Assembly (NCBI GenBank): GCA_036567965.1
Contig: DATCTN010000021.1
Span: 8,906 to 72,905 of the forward strand
Length of the DNA stretch: 64,000 bases
Source of the DNA: Candidatus Kryptoniota bacterium
GTDB taxonomy: Bacteria > Bacteroidota > Ignavibacteria > Kryptoniales > JAKASW01
Reading direction: 5' to 3'
This document shows, piece after piece, positions 53,289 to 61,543 of the stretch (the stretch's first letter is position 1; each line of letters begins with the position of its first letter). Made by a program: the position numbers and the translations under genes. The notes under the pieces are model-generated. The model saw only the letters and a list, made by a program, of their open reading frames with translations, did no database searches and had not been told where the DNA came from.

Positions 53289-53892
53289 TATACTCGCCAA
53301 ATTGTCAGTATGGCGACCGTAGGAAAGTGCTCATCGCGGTCAATCTGGGGATCATCAATCATATAATGTGGAGATTCAAAATTCAGAGGGGTTAATTTGA
53401 CCTAAAGTCGAATTAACCGGTACTGGATCTTAATTTCGGGGGATGAATACGCAAGGTAGATGCATTTCATCAGCTTGACCGGTCATCGCTGAACCCGCAT
53501 TACGACTCCGGCACATGAGTGTTACAATTGGGTACCAAGATGTCGCTTACATTTTTTCCGGCAGACCCCGTCCTTGATGAAAGCTCCTTAAATGACCTCA
53601 ATCACTGAAAAAATTACCTCTTTTGAGTAACATGTACTCGGAATCTACGCAGGCAGTACTGTCCAGCCTTTGGCATAGAAATGGAACACTTGAGGATGTG
53701 AGAGCCACGAGTCGGGTCGCATCCGGTGACGTTTGAGCACGCGAAGAACCATTAGTCTTAGATATAGATCAGAGTTGCCGTTGCACCTTTCTTTTTCAAA
53801 GCGTTAGGTAGATCTTGAAATATAGGCCGCGGCCGTCAAGTTCATTTTGAGGCGGTTTTGATTCTAAAGTTGGAGAAAGTGAAGGTGAGTTA

Positions 53893-54390
53893 ATGGGCAG
53901 CGGACAAATGTTGATCACGATCGGCGCGATAGTACTTCTGGGAAGTATTATCCTGACCACAAACAGGGGCATCAATGGAAGCCGCAATATTCTCCTTTAT
54001 TCTAACATCGGATTGGAGTCGGTTTCACTGGCAACTTCCACAATTGAGGAAGCCGAGAGCAAGAGTTTCGACGAAACAACGATCCTTCAAAACGACACTG
54101 CGGTGAGTGAATTGACTGCACCGAGTTCGCTTGGTCAGGAGAGTGGAGACATGGATGATTTTGATGACTGGAACGGACCTAATCATACTGGCTTGACACA
54201 AACGTACAACTTAAGCACCGGGATTTACAAAGTCCTATCTAAAGTCTGCTATGTCAACGTGGGGAATCTGCAGGGTACGTCTGCAACAAGAACATGGCAC
54301 AAACGAATCGATGTCTGGGTATGGAATACGGTAGACACGACCGACAAGGTTTACATGTCTGCAATCTACAGTTACTGGTATTTCAGGTGA
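53893..54390 (+). CDS. Pseudopilin-like protein
   Basis: MGSG|QMLITIGAIVLLGSIILT N-terminus. 165 aa. RBS present. Confidence 0.5.
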   Translation: MGSGQMLITIGAIVLLGSIILTTNRGINGSRNILLYSNIGLESVSLATSTIEEAESKSFDETTILQNDTAVSELTAPSSLGQESGDMDDFDDWNGPNHTGLTQTYNLSTGIYKVLSKVCYVNVGNLQGTSATRTWHKRIDVWVWNTVDTTDKVYMSAIYSYWYFR

Positions 54391-54399
54391 GGAGCTAAT

Positions 54400-55002
54400 A
54401 TGGGCAGCACAAGTTTACTCGACATACTGGGTTCGCTTGTCATCGGAGGGTTGCTCCTTCTGGTGGCGTTGAGAATGAACTCGCAAGCGACAATGAATAC
54501 ATATTCAAGTCAGGCGAGTCTTACAGTGCAACAAAATATGACGGCTATAATTCAGAACATTGAATGGGACTTTCGAAAGATCGGATACTGTAAGAATCCT
54601 ATGTTGACATCTGATCCAACTCATTACATCCTGAAAGGCAAATCCGACAGCATTTCATTTATCGCGGACCTGTACAATAGTGGGACGGCAAACACGGTGT
54701 CATGGTATTTGGGATCATATGTAGGTCCGAATCCTCGAGTGAGAAAGCTCTGCAGAAAAGTCGATGGAGGAGCCGCGCTCGAGGCAAATCTCGGAGTGAC
54801 ACAATTCAGCATGATATATTTCGGGGCGTCGGGAGACACGATTGTGCTTCCTTACAGCGCAGGTGATTCGGTTACCCCTCAGCTAATCGAGCTTACTCTC
54901 AGAGTTGAGCCCACTGTCGCCTACGACACAGCTTATACTCAGAGCTACTCATACTGGAGGCAAACCAGACTCGTATCAAGAAACCTGAAAATGAACAGGT
55001 AG
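54400..55002 (+). CDS. Pseudopilin-like protein (PilW/FimT-size)
   Basis: MG|STSLLDILGSLVIGGLLLLVAL N-terminus, with an acidic residue at about +6. It starts 9 nt after the previous stop. Confidence 0.5.
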   Translation: MGSTSLLDILGSLVIGGLLLLVALRMNSQATMNTYSSQASLTVQQNMTAIIQNIEWDFRKIGYCKNPMLTSDPTHYILKGKSDSISFIADLYNSGTANTVSWYLGSYVGPNPRVRKLCRKVDGGAALEANLGVTQFSMIYFGASGDTIVLPYSAGDSVTPQLIELTLRVEPTVAYDTAYTQSYSYWRQTRLVSRNLKMNR

Positions 55003-55012
55003 GAGAAGGATC

Positions 55013-56410
55013 ATGGTTGGAAAAGGATCATTAATAGTCATCTTAGGATTCAGCATGATATTCGGACTCGCGGGACAGTACTGGAACAGGATGAGTACCG
55101 ATGCGATGGAGAATTTTGCAAATTACTATGACTCGACTGCGGCCCACAACATAGCTATCAGTGCTGCGAACATCCTTGCAGATTCCATATTTTGGAATTC
55201 GAGTGCCGCAAATATGAGCACCACCTCCCCATTCACGTTCAATGGGGGTACTTTCACTCTGAGGACTCAGTACATGGTGGTCAACGGAGATAGCGATGTT
55301 CTGGCTACCGTTGCGTCGAGTTACAACGGATTCAGGGGGCATGTTATCAAAGACTCCGTGCAGATTCTCCTTCATCCTGCAAGATTCTCTGAGTACGCCT
55401 ACTTTACAAATAATGATAACAATGTGAACTGGATTACGGGAGAAGTGATGAATGGGCCGTACCACACTAATGGTCGCCTCCTCATCAGTGGCTCGCCGAC
55501 ATTTCTGGGTTCGGTGACTACCGGCACCGGACTGGCGACTCCATACGCGAATCCAGTGAATCCCTCGTCGCTGCCCGACTCGCACGGAGATAGACTGAAT
55601 TGCGCAAGCTACCAATCGGGAGTAATCATTCCTCTTCCGACCTCGCTTGCACAATACACTTCCATTCCGGGAACCGTTATTTTCAACAACACTGATACTC
55701 ACACTTCATACAACTATGATTTCTACGCGACTTTCAGTAGCACTGATCCGACCAAGATCAGTTTTCACACCGAACTGAAGAACGGTGCAACGATGGTGAC
55801 AAGAGTCCCCGCCTCGGGAGATTCGACTATCCCTATTTCGACACTTGGCGGCGGCGCCAGCGGCAGCGGTGTTGTTGTGATCCAGAACGGAGACATCCAC
55901 ATTTCTGGGAACATGAATGGAGACATCACTTTTGTCGCTCAAGCCGGTACCCGCACGAGTCTAGATGCTAGCGCCTCAGGATCGGGCGGATTCGACCTGT
56001 CTGACGCAAATGGCAACTCCCATAACGGTAACATAATTATTGAGGGGGGAATCACGTACGCGAACAATCCGGTGACAAATCCCGCAAGTACGAACATGCT
56101 TGGACTTGTGGCTGACAACAGTATCATGATCAAGAAGCAAACCACTCAGAATCTGGCAATCCAAGCCGCATTATTCGCTCGATCCGGGAGCTTCTTCTAC
56201 CAGGATTATAACCAGGGAAGCTCGATGGGAACGCTGAACATTCTTGGCTCTGTCGGCCAGTCCACACGCGGAGCCGTCAATACGAACAACAGTGGGACCG
56301 TGGTAACCGGATACAAGAAGAACTACTTATACGATACAAGGTTTGCGTCGACCGCGCCCCCATATTTCCCCACCACCGGAAAATTCAATATCCTCTCATG
56401 GCGTGAGTAG
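55013..56410 (+). CDS. PilX-N-like large pseudopilin / pilus-tip candidate
   Basis: MVGKG|SLIVILGFSMIFGLAG resembles the PilX N-terminal segment (kGs.Li.al..l..l). The 465-aa globular part is Gly/Asn/Thr-rich. Confidence 0.5.
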   Translation: MVGKGSLIVILGFSMIFGLAGQYWNRMSTDAMENFANYYDSTAAHNIAISAANILADSIFWNSSAANMSTTSPFTFNGGTFTLRTQYMVVNGDSDVLATVASSYNGFRGHVIKDSVQILLHPARFSEYAYFTNNDNNVNWITGEVMNGPYHTNGRLLISGSPTFLGSVTTGTGLATPYANPVNPSSLPDSHGDRLNCASYQSGVIIPLPTSLAQYTSIPGTVIFNNTDTHTSYNYDFYATFSSTDPTKISFHTELKNGATMVTRVPASGDSTIPISTLGGGASGSGVVVIQNGDIHISGNMNGDITFVAQAGTRTSLDASASGSGGFDLSDANGNSHNGNIIIEGGITYANNPVTNPASTNMLGLVADNSIMIKKQTTQNLAIQAALFARSGSFFYQDYNQGSSMGTLNILGSVGQSTRGAVNTNNSGTVVTGYKKNYLYDTRFASTAPPYFPTTGKFNILSWRE

Positions 56411-56455
56411 CTGAATCGTCTGCGATTGCAGGGATTTATTTGTTAAGAATAACTA

Positions 56456-56486
56456 GCGGCCAACATTTATGGCCGCTTTTTGTTTT
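56456..56486 (+). terminator. Rho-independent terminator after the pseudopilin genes
   Basis: gcggcc (56456-56461), loop aacatttat, ggccgc (56471-56476), then TTTTTGTTTT. Confidence 0.65.
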
Positions 56487-56705
56487 GCCGCCTGTTTCCT
56501 TAATCTACTAGGTGCGGCATGTATGATTGTTTTCACATGGTGCCCAAAGACGCTTGAGACTGTTTGAGACTTGAGATATATTACAACGTCATCATTATGG
56601 GCGTTGCGAGGTGTTGTCATCAGTGTCAGTTAAAAATAATATCGTGAGCGCAGATTCAGTACCGCGTTCAAGCATCTCCAGTATTAACCAAACTAATCAG
56701 GAGGG

Positions 56706-57284
56706 ATGGTCATGCGTTATCTAGTTTCGTTGCTGTCTGCTGTTGCGGTAGTCATTCTAATGGGCTGCGGCGGCTCAAAGCCGATGCAGTCAACAGATAC
56801 GGGAGAAATTCCTGACTGGTTCACAAATGTGCCACAGGATCCGAATTTTATCTATGCTGCTAACACACAGGTCTCTCAGGATTTGCAACTCGCTATCGAC
56901 AAGGCAGTCACAGGCGGTCGGTCAGAGGTCGGGCGGCAGGTCGAAGTAAGGTTACAAGGTTTGCAAAAAAAGTTCACCGAAGAAACAGGAACGGGAAATG
57001 ATGCCCAGCTTCTCCAGATGTTTACAGAAGCCGAGAAGACGGTGGTCTCCACAACTCTATCCGGAAGTCGTGTGAAGTACCAGAGGCAAATGAAAGATGG
57101 GAACATGTGGAGAGCTTATGTCCTCGTTGAGTATCCCGTCGGAGCCGCGAACGAGGCGTTCATGGATCAGCTGAAGAAGAGCGACCAAATGTACACGCGC
57201 TTCAGGGCTTCGGAAAGTTTCAAAGAGCTCCAGGACGAAGTTGACAAGTACGACAAGTACAAACAAGATCAGGGAACAAAGTAG
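56706..57284 (+). CDS. LPP20/FlgP-family lipoprotein
   Basis: Lipobox VVILMGCGG. PDWFTNVPQDPNFIYAANTQVSQDLQLAIDKAVTGGRSEVGRQV is the LPP20-type P.W......g.iyg.G.......A...A...A..eia pattern. Confidence 0.7.
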   Translation: MVMRYLVSLLSAVAVVILMGCGGSKPMQSTDTGEIPDWFTNVPQDPNFIYAANTQVSQDLQLAIDKAVTGGRSEVGRQVEVRLQGLQKKFTEETGTGNDAQLLQMFTEAEKTVVSTTLSGSRVKYQRQMKDGNMWRAYVLVEYPVGAANEAFMDQLKKSDQMYTRFRASESFKELQDEVDKYDKYKQDQGTK

Positions 57285-57309
57285 ATCATAGCGGCCGCAG
57301 AGTCATTGA

Positions 57310-58029
57310 ATGAAGGCGCTTTCGATCCTTTTGGCGTTATATGGATCGTTGAACGCCCAATCCTATCCGAGATGGTTTCTCGAGCCGATCGGTCTTACGT
57401 GCGGCCCGACTGCCTGCGGGTATGTAACACCATCATTCTATAGAAGTTCGTCCGACTCTGCGGCTTTCCTCAACGGCTGCGAGAATCTTGCGCACCAGCA
57501 CTTTGCTGAAATATCCGGCGGTGAATCTTATTGGGAAACGGAAGCGGGTGTTTACTGGATGGGGAATGATTTCAAGGAGAAGATTGACAGTTCCTATCTT
57601 GCAGAATGCATCTCCAAAGCGAACCGAGCAGCAGTCTTCGCTATTCCCGGCATTGAGCTCGTCCTCGTGTCGGAACGTGACTGCATCATCCCGGATTCGA
57701 TGAGCAAGGTTGTCAGATGTTCCGGGAAATCACCAGCATGGGTTGACACGATCCCTGATGTACCAGGCTACATATACGCTACGGGAGTCGCGCCGCAGTA
57801 CTTCTACGAGTCGAGCTCCTGGAGGTCCGCTGAGAAAAAAGCGCGCTTCAATCTCGCCAGGGAAATTAGAGTCTCTCTCAAAGCACTGCAAAAGGTCGAT
57901 CAATCTTCGGGACAAGAGATAAGGAGCGAAGAGATTTCCGGTTCCGTATCGAAAATGGAAGTTGTATACCGTTGGCGTGACGTTCGTCAGGGATTGTACT
58001 TAGTTCTCATGCGGGCACCTTCGGAATAA
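57310..58029 (+). CDS. LPP20-domain protein (domain at the C-terminus)
   Basis: Signal peptide MKALSILLALYGSLNAQ. PAWVDTIPDVPGYIYATGVAPQYFYESSSWRSAEKKARFNLAREI. Confidence 0.55.
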   Translation: MKALSILLALYGSLNAQSYPRWFLEPIGLTCGPTACGYVTPSFYRSSSDSAAFLNGCENLAHQHFAEISGGESYWETEAGVYWMGNDFKEKIDSSYLAECISKANRAAVFAIPGIELVLVSERDCIIPDSMSKVVRCSGKSPAWVDTIPDVPGYIYATGVAPQYFYESSSWRSAEKKARFNLAREIRVSLKALQKVDQSSGQEIRSEEISGSVSKMEVVYRWRDVRQGLYLVLMRAPSE

Positions 58030-58135
58030 TGAGGCGCCGAGAGCCATGTCATGTGGATAATATGGATGAATTAACGCATGCTGTACTCAATGTGAGGCGA
58101 TTTCCTCTTAAGAATACAATGAAGGGAATATCCAA

Positions 58136-58735
58136 ATGCGCAAGCTAAGTTCTAGTTTGATGCTCGTAACCCTGATTCTTGCCGGCTGTTCTTCCTCGAG
58201 GCAGGTATCGAGGGTCTCCTCCGATAACGTGACCGACTTGAGTGGCAAATGGAATGACACTGATTCTCGGTTGGTTGCCGAACAGATGGTGTCCAGCCTC
58301 ACGTCGCGTCCGTGGCTTGACGACTTTGTGTCGAAGAACGATAAGAAGCCCGCCGTTATCGTCGGGACTGTTCGCAATCTGAGTTCGGAGCACATCGAGA
58401 CGAACACATTTATAAGCGACATTGAGCGAGAACTCGTCAATAGCGGAAAAGTGACATTCGTAGCAAGCAAGCAGGAACGCAAGGAGGTTCGTGAAGAACG
58501 ACTCGACCAGCAGAGCAACGCGACCGAAGAATCTGCAAAGAAACTTGCAGCTGAAACCGGCGCCGATTACATACTCCGCGGGAGTATCAAGGACATTAAC
58601 GATCGCGTCGAAGGAACCGAGGTAAAGTATTACCAGGTTGACCTGGAGCTGGTCGATCTCCAGACGAATGAAAAAGTGTGGATTGATACGAAGAAGATAA
58701 AGAAGATCGTCGAGCGGTCTAACTACAACTGGTGA
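58136..58735 (+). CDS. LpoB/COG3417-like lipoprotein
   Basis: Lipobox LILAGCSSS. LVAEQMVSSLTSRPWLDDF...KPAVIVGTVRNLSSEHIETNTFISDIERELVNSGKVTFV and YILRGSI...YQVDLELVDLQTNEKVW match the LpoB-family fold pattern. Confidence 0.65.
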   Translation: MRKLSSSLMLVTLILAGCSSSRQVSRVSSDNVTDLSGKWNDTDSRLVAEQMVSSLTSRPWLDDFVSKNDKKPAVIVGTVRNLSSEHIETNTFISDIERELVNSGKVTFVASKQERKEVREERLDQQSNATEESAKKLAAETGADYILRGSIKDINDRVEGTEVKYYQVDLELVDLQTNEKVWIDTKKIKKIVERSNYNW

Positions 58736-58743
58736 ATGGGAAG

Positions 58744-60123
58744 ATGTTGAGGAGCCGGATCGCGCCTCTTGTTCTGTGCGCTCTGGTGGTTGCAGGATGC
58801 TCCTCCACGTATACTCAGAAGAAGGGTTTCGTGGAGGTTGACAACGCGGTCGCGGAGCAAAATTATAGTCTGGCCGCGCGTTCTCTTGAAGAGTCCAAAA
58901 AAAAGTACTTCTCCGAAAAGGACAGGGTCCTATTTTATCTTGACACGGGGATGCTGTATCACTATTGCGATGAAACAGATCGGAGCAACCAGTCTCTGAG
59001 TTCTGCCGAAGACGATATTGACGAGCTTTATACGAAGAGTATTTCGGCTGGCATCGAATCGCTGTTGCTGAATGACAACGCACTCGCGTATAGCGGGGAA
59101 GATTACGAAAACGTCTATCTAAACATTTTTAAAGCGCTGAATTACGTCGAGGAGAACAAATTCGACGACGCGTTTGTCGAAGTCAGACGTGCTGATTACA
59201 AATTGGCTACACTGGAAGACAAGTACACAAAGATGGCGGATATGTATAACCAATCGCCCGACGCCAAGAAAAGGTTTTCGGTTTCGGAGAATCGTTTTAC
59301 CAACTCTGCCTTCGCGAGGTTTATAAGCATGCTGATGTACCGAACCGACGGCAAGTACGACGATGCCAGGATCGACGCTGACAAGATCAACGAAGCATGG
59401 AACACTGAAGCTGCACTTTATGATTTTGACAAACCAGATGTCTCCAGCTGGATCCAGGACGAGGATAAAGCAAGGCTCGATGTGGTCAGCCTGGTCGGCA
59501 AATCCCCCGAATTGTTTGCTCGTGTCCTTACCATACATACCTTCAAGGACGCCGTAGCAATTTACCAGTCGGATGGAAAAAAGGAGAAGAGACTGGAGAT
59601 GTTCCCGTGGGACGGCATGAAAGACGGTTATCATTTCAAGTTTTCTCTCCCATATATGGAGAAGAAGGGGACTTCGGTCGCAAGAGTAACGGTGGAACTC
59701 AACGGCGGAGAAGTGGGAAACATGCAAACGATTGAAAGTATCGAAAATGTCGCCGAGGAGACTTACAAACTCCACGAGGGAATTACATATTTAAAGACCA
59801 TCATCCGGACGATCGTGAAGGGACTCCTGAATGAGAAAGCGAACGAAGAGCTTGACAAGAAAACTGGCGGCGGAGTCTGGGGAAGTCTGACGAGGGCAGC
59901 CACAAGTGCCGCGGTGGACGTCAGCGAGAACGCGGATCTCCGACTCTCCAGGTACTTTCCGGCAAGGGCACTTGTACAGGAAGTGAGAGTCGATCCGGGA
60001 ACGTACCATCTGGTTCTGAAGTACTATTCATCTGATGGTACACTTCTGCACGCTGACGACAAAGGAACTATCACGGTGAGAGCGAATGCTCTCAATCTGT
60101 TCAGGTCTGTTTTTCTCAATTAA
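58744..60123 (+). CDS. Large lipoprotein (helical/TPR-like N-terminal half)
   Basis: MLRSRIAPLVLCALVVAGCSS lipobox. The GTG at 58732, overlapping the previous stop, is an alternative start. About 460 aa. Confidence 0.65.
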   Translation: MLRSRIAPLVLCALVVAGCSSTYTQKKGFVEVDNAVAEQNYSLAARSLEESKKKYFSEKDRVLFYLDTGMLYHYCDETDRSNQSLSSAEDDIDELYTKSISAGIESLLLNDNALAYSGEDYENVYLNIFKALNYVEENKFDDAFVEVRRADYKLATLEDKYTKMADMYNQSPDAKKRFSVSENRFTNSAFARFISMLMYRTDGKYDDARIDADKINEAWNTEAALYDFDKPDVSSWIQDEDKARLDVVSLVGKSPELFARVLTIHTFKDAVAIYQSDGKKEKRLEMFPWDGMKDGYHFKFSLPYMEKKGTSVARVTVELNGGEVGNMQTIESIENVAEETYKLHEGITYLKTIIRTIVKGLLNEKANEELDKKTGGGVWGSLTRAATSAAVDVSENADLRLSRYFPARALVQEVRVDPGTYHLVLKYYSSDGTLLHADDKGTITVRANALNLFRSVFLN

Positions 60124-60137
60124 GAAACGGAGAATAA

Positions 60138-61151
60138 ATGACGACCTCGATATTGTGCCAGTTCATATTGATGCTGAATCTTGCCGGTCCTGCGACGCAG
60201 GTAGGCCGTCCTTTGTGGATTGATAACCCCGACAAGAGCTACCCCAACGCGCAATTTCTTACTGCGGTCGGATCGGGGGATTCGCGAAAGGACGCGGAGA
60301 ATTCCGCAGCATCGAACCTCTCAAAGATTTTTGAATCAAATATCAAGTCGGAAGAGACCATAAATGCTCGCTACAAGGAATTGATGAAGTCGGAAAATCA
60401 GTCATCACTTGAGAGTGAGACAAATATAAACAAGAATGTTTCCGTTTCTTCGCAACAAACATTGTACAATATTCGATATGCGGAAAGTTATACGGACCAG
60501 CTTGGCAGAATTTATATCCTGGCGGTGATCGAAAGAGAGCCGACGGCTGCGATATATGTTAAGAAGATAGATGAGAACGACGCTCGGGTATCATCGTATC
60601 TTGATGGATACGACAAGCTCACCGATCCGATTAAGCGATACGCTGTCGTGAACGCCGCACAAGTTATATGCAAGATAAATGATGTTTTGAGACAGCAGCT
60701 ACTGATAATCATGCCAGGAATGACATATGAGCCCAAATCCGGATACACGCTGGACAAAATTTCCGAAATGTGCTCGGATGCTAGGAAAGGCATACCATTT
60801 GAAATCCATATTACTGGCGGAAACCTTGATAAGGTCACGTCGATGATAAACGAGACCCTATCGGATCTCGGTTTCATAAACTCGCAAGAAGGCAAATTGA
60901 TAATCAAGGGGAGTACGGAGATCGTCCATATCGATCTAAACAGCGAGCAGAAATTTGTGAGGTGGAGCTACACTCTCTCAGTTTACGATCTTGCCGGTAA
61001 TTCGATCATCTCACTGTCCGAAAACGGTAGGGAAGGTCACTTGAATTACGAAGAAGCCGAAGCTCGTGCGCTCCGTACAATGAAAGAGAAGATAAAATCT
61101 AATTTCGCTAAGGAGATCAACTCCTATTTCGACGGCATGGTCTTGAAATAA
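60138..61151 (+). CDS. LPP20-domain protein with a C-terminal extension
   Basis: PLWIDNPDKSYPNAQFLTAVGSGDSRKDAENSAASNLSKIF is LPP20-like. 337 aa. Confidence 0.55.
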   Translation: MTTSILCQFILMLNLAGPATQVGRPLWIDNPDKSYPNAQFLTAVGSGDSRKDAENSAASNLSKIFESNIKSEETINARYKELMKSENQSSLESETNINKNVSVSSQQTLYNIRYAESYTDQLGRIYILAVIEREPTAAIYVKKIDENDARVSSYLDGYDKLTDPIKRYAVVNAAQVICKINDVLRQQLLIIMPGMTYEPKSGYTLDKISEMCSDARKGIPFEIHITGGNLDKVTSMINETLSDLGFINSQEGKLIIKGSTEIVHIDLNSEQKFVRWSYTLSVYDLAGNSIISLSENGREGHLNYEEAEARALRTMKEKIKSNFAKEINSYFDGMVLK

Positions 61152-61543
61152 GATTCTCTTTGCGTCGCAACATTCTCCTGCATCTCTGAAAAAAAAGAAG
61201 TACTTGCCGATCGCCGGGCAGGAGAATTATCCTGACCAGCCCTTCTGTCAGCCCGAACGGATATGCGGCACTGACAGCGTAAGGAACCCACTACCCCCCG
61301 TACAATGGTATACCCTGATCATTGATGCAGTTGTCCGTAAGTTCTCAGCACACGGATCTGAATTTTGTTGCTCCGGGGAATTTTCTAAGGCCGGACAGTG
61401 TCATATGGCCTGAAGAATATGCACGCGTTGGATGCAGATATTGCGCGACATTTTCTTAGGATTCGCCAAAACTGATGGCTGGAAGCGGCACAGTAATTGA
61501 GCTTAGATTTAACAGTTCAACACGGAATAGCTGGAGGAGAGTA

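Noticed and set aside
52818-53300. 160-aa minus-strand ORF overlapping the first pilin-like gene.
   Set aside because: The plus-strand frame has an RBS and a pilin-type N-terminal helix. The antisense frame has no start context or motifs.
58145-59775. Minus-strand ORFs of 312 aa and 218 aa spanning the lipoprotein genes.
   Set aside because: They are antisense to genes with clear lipoboxes and family motifs, and their composition is Arg/Ser/Pro-rich and non-coding-like.
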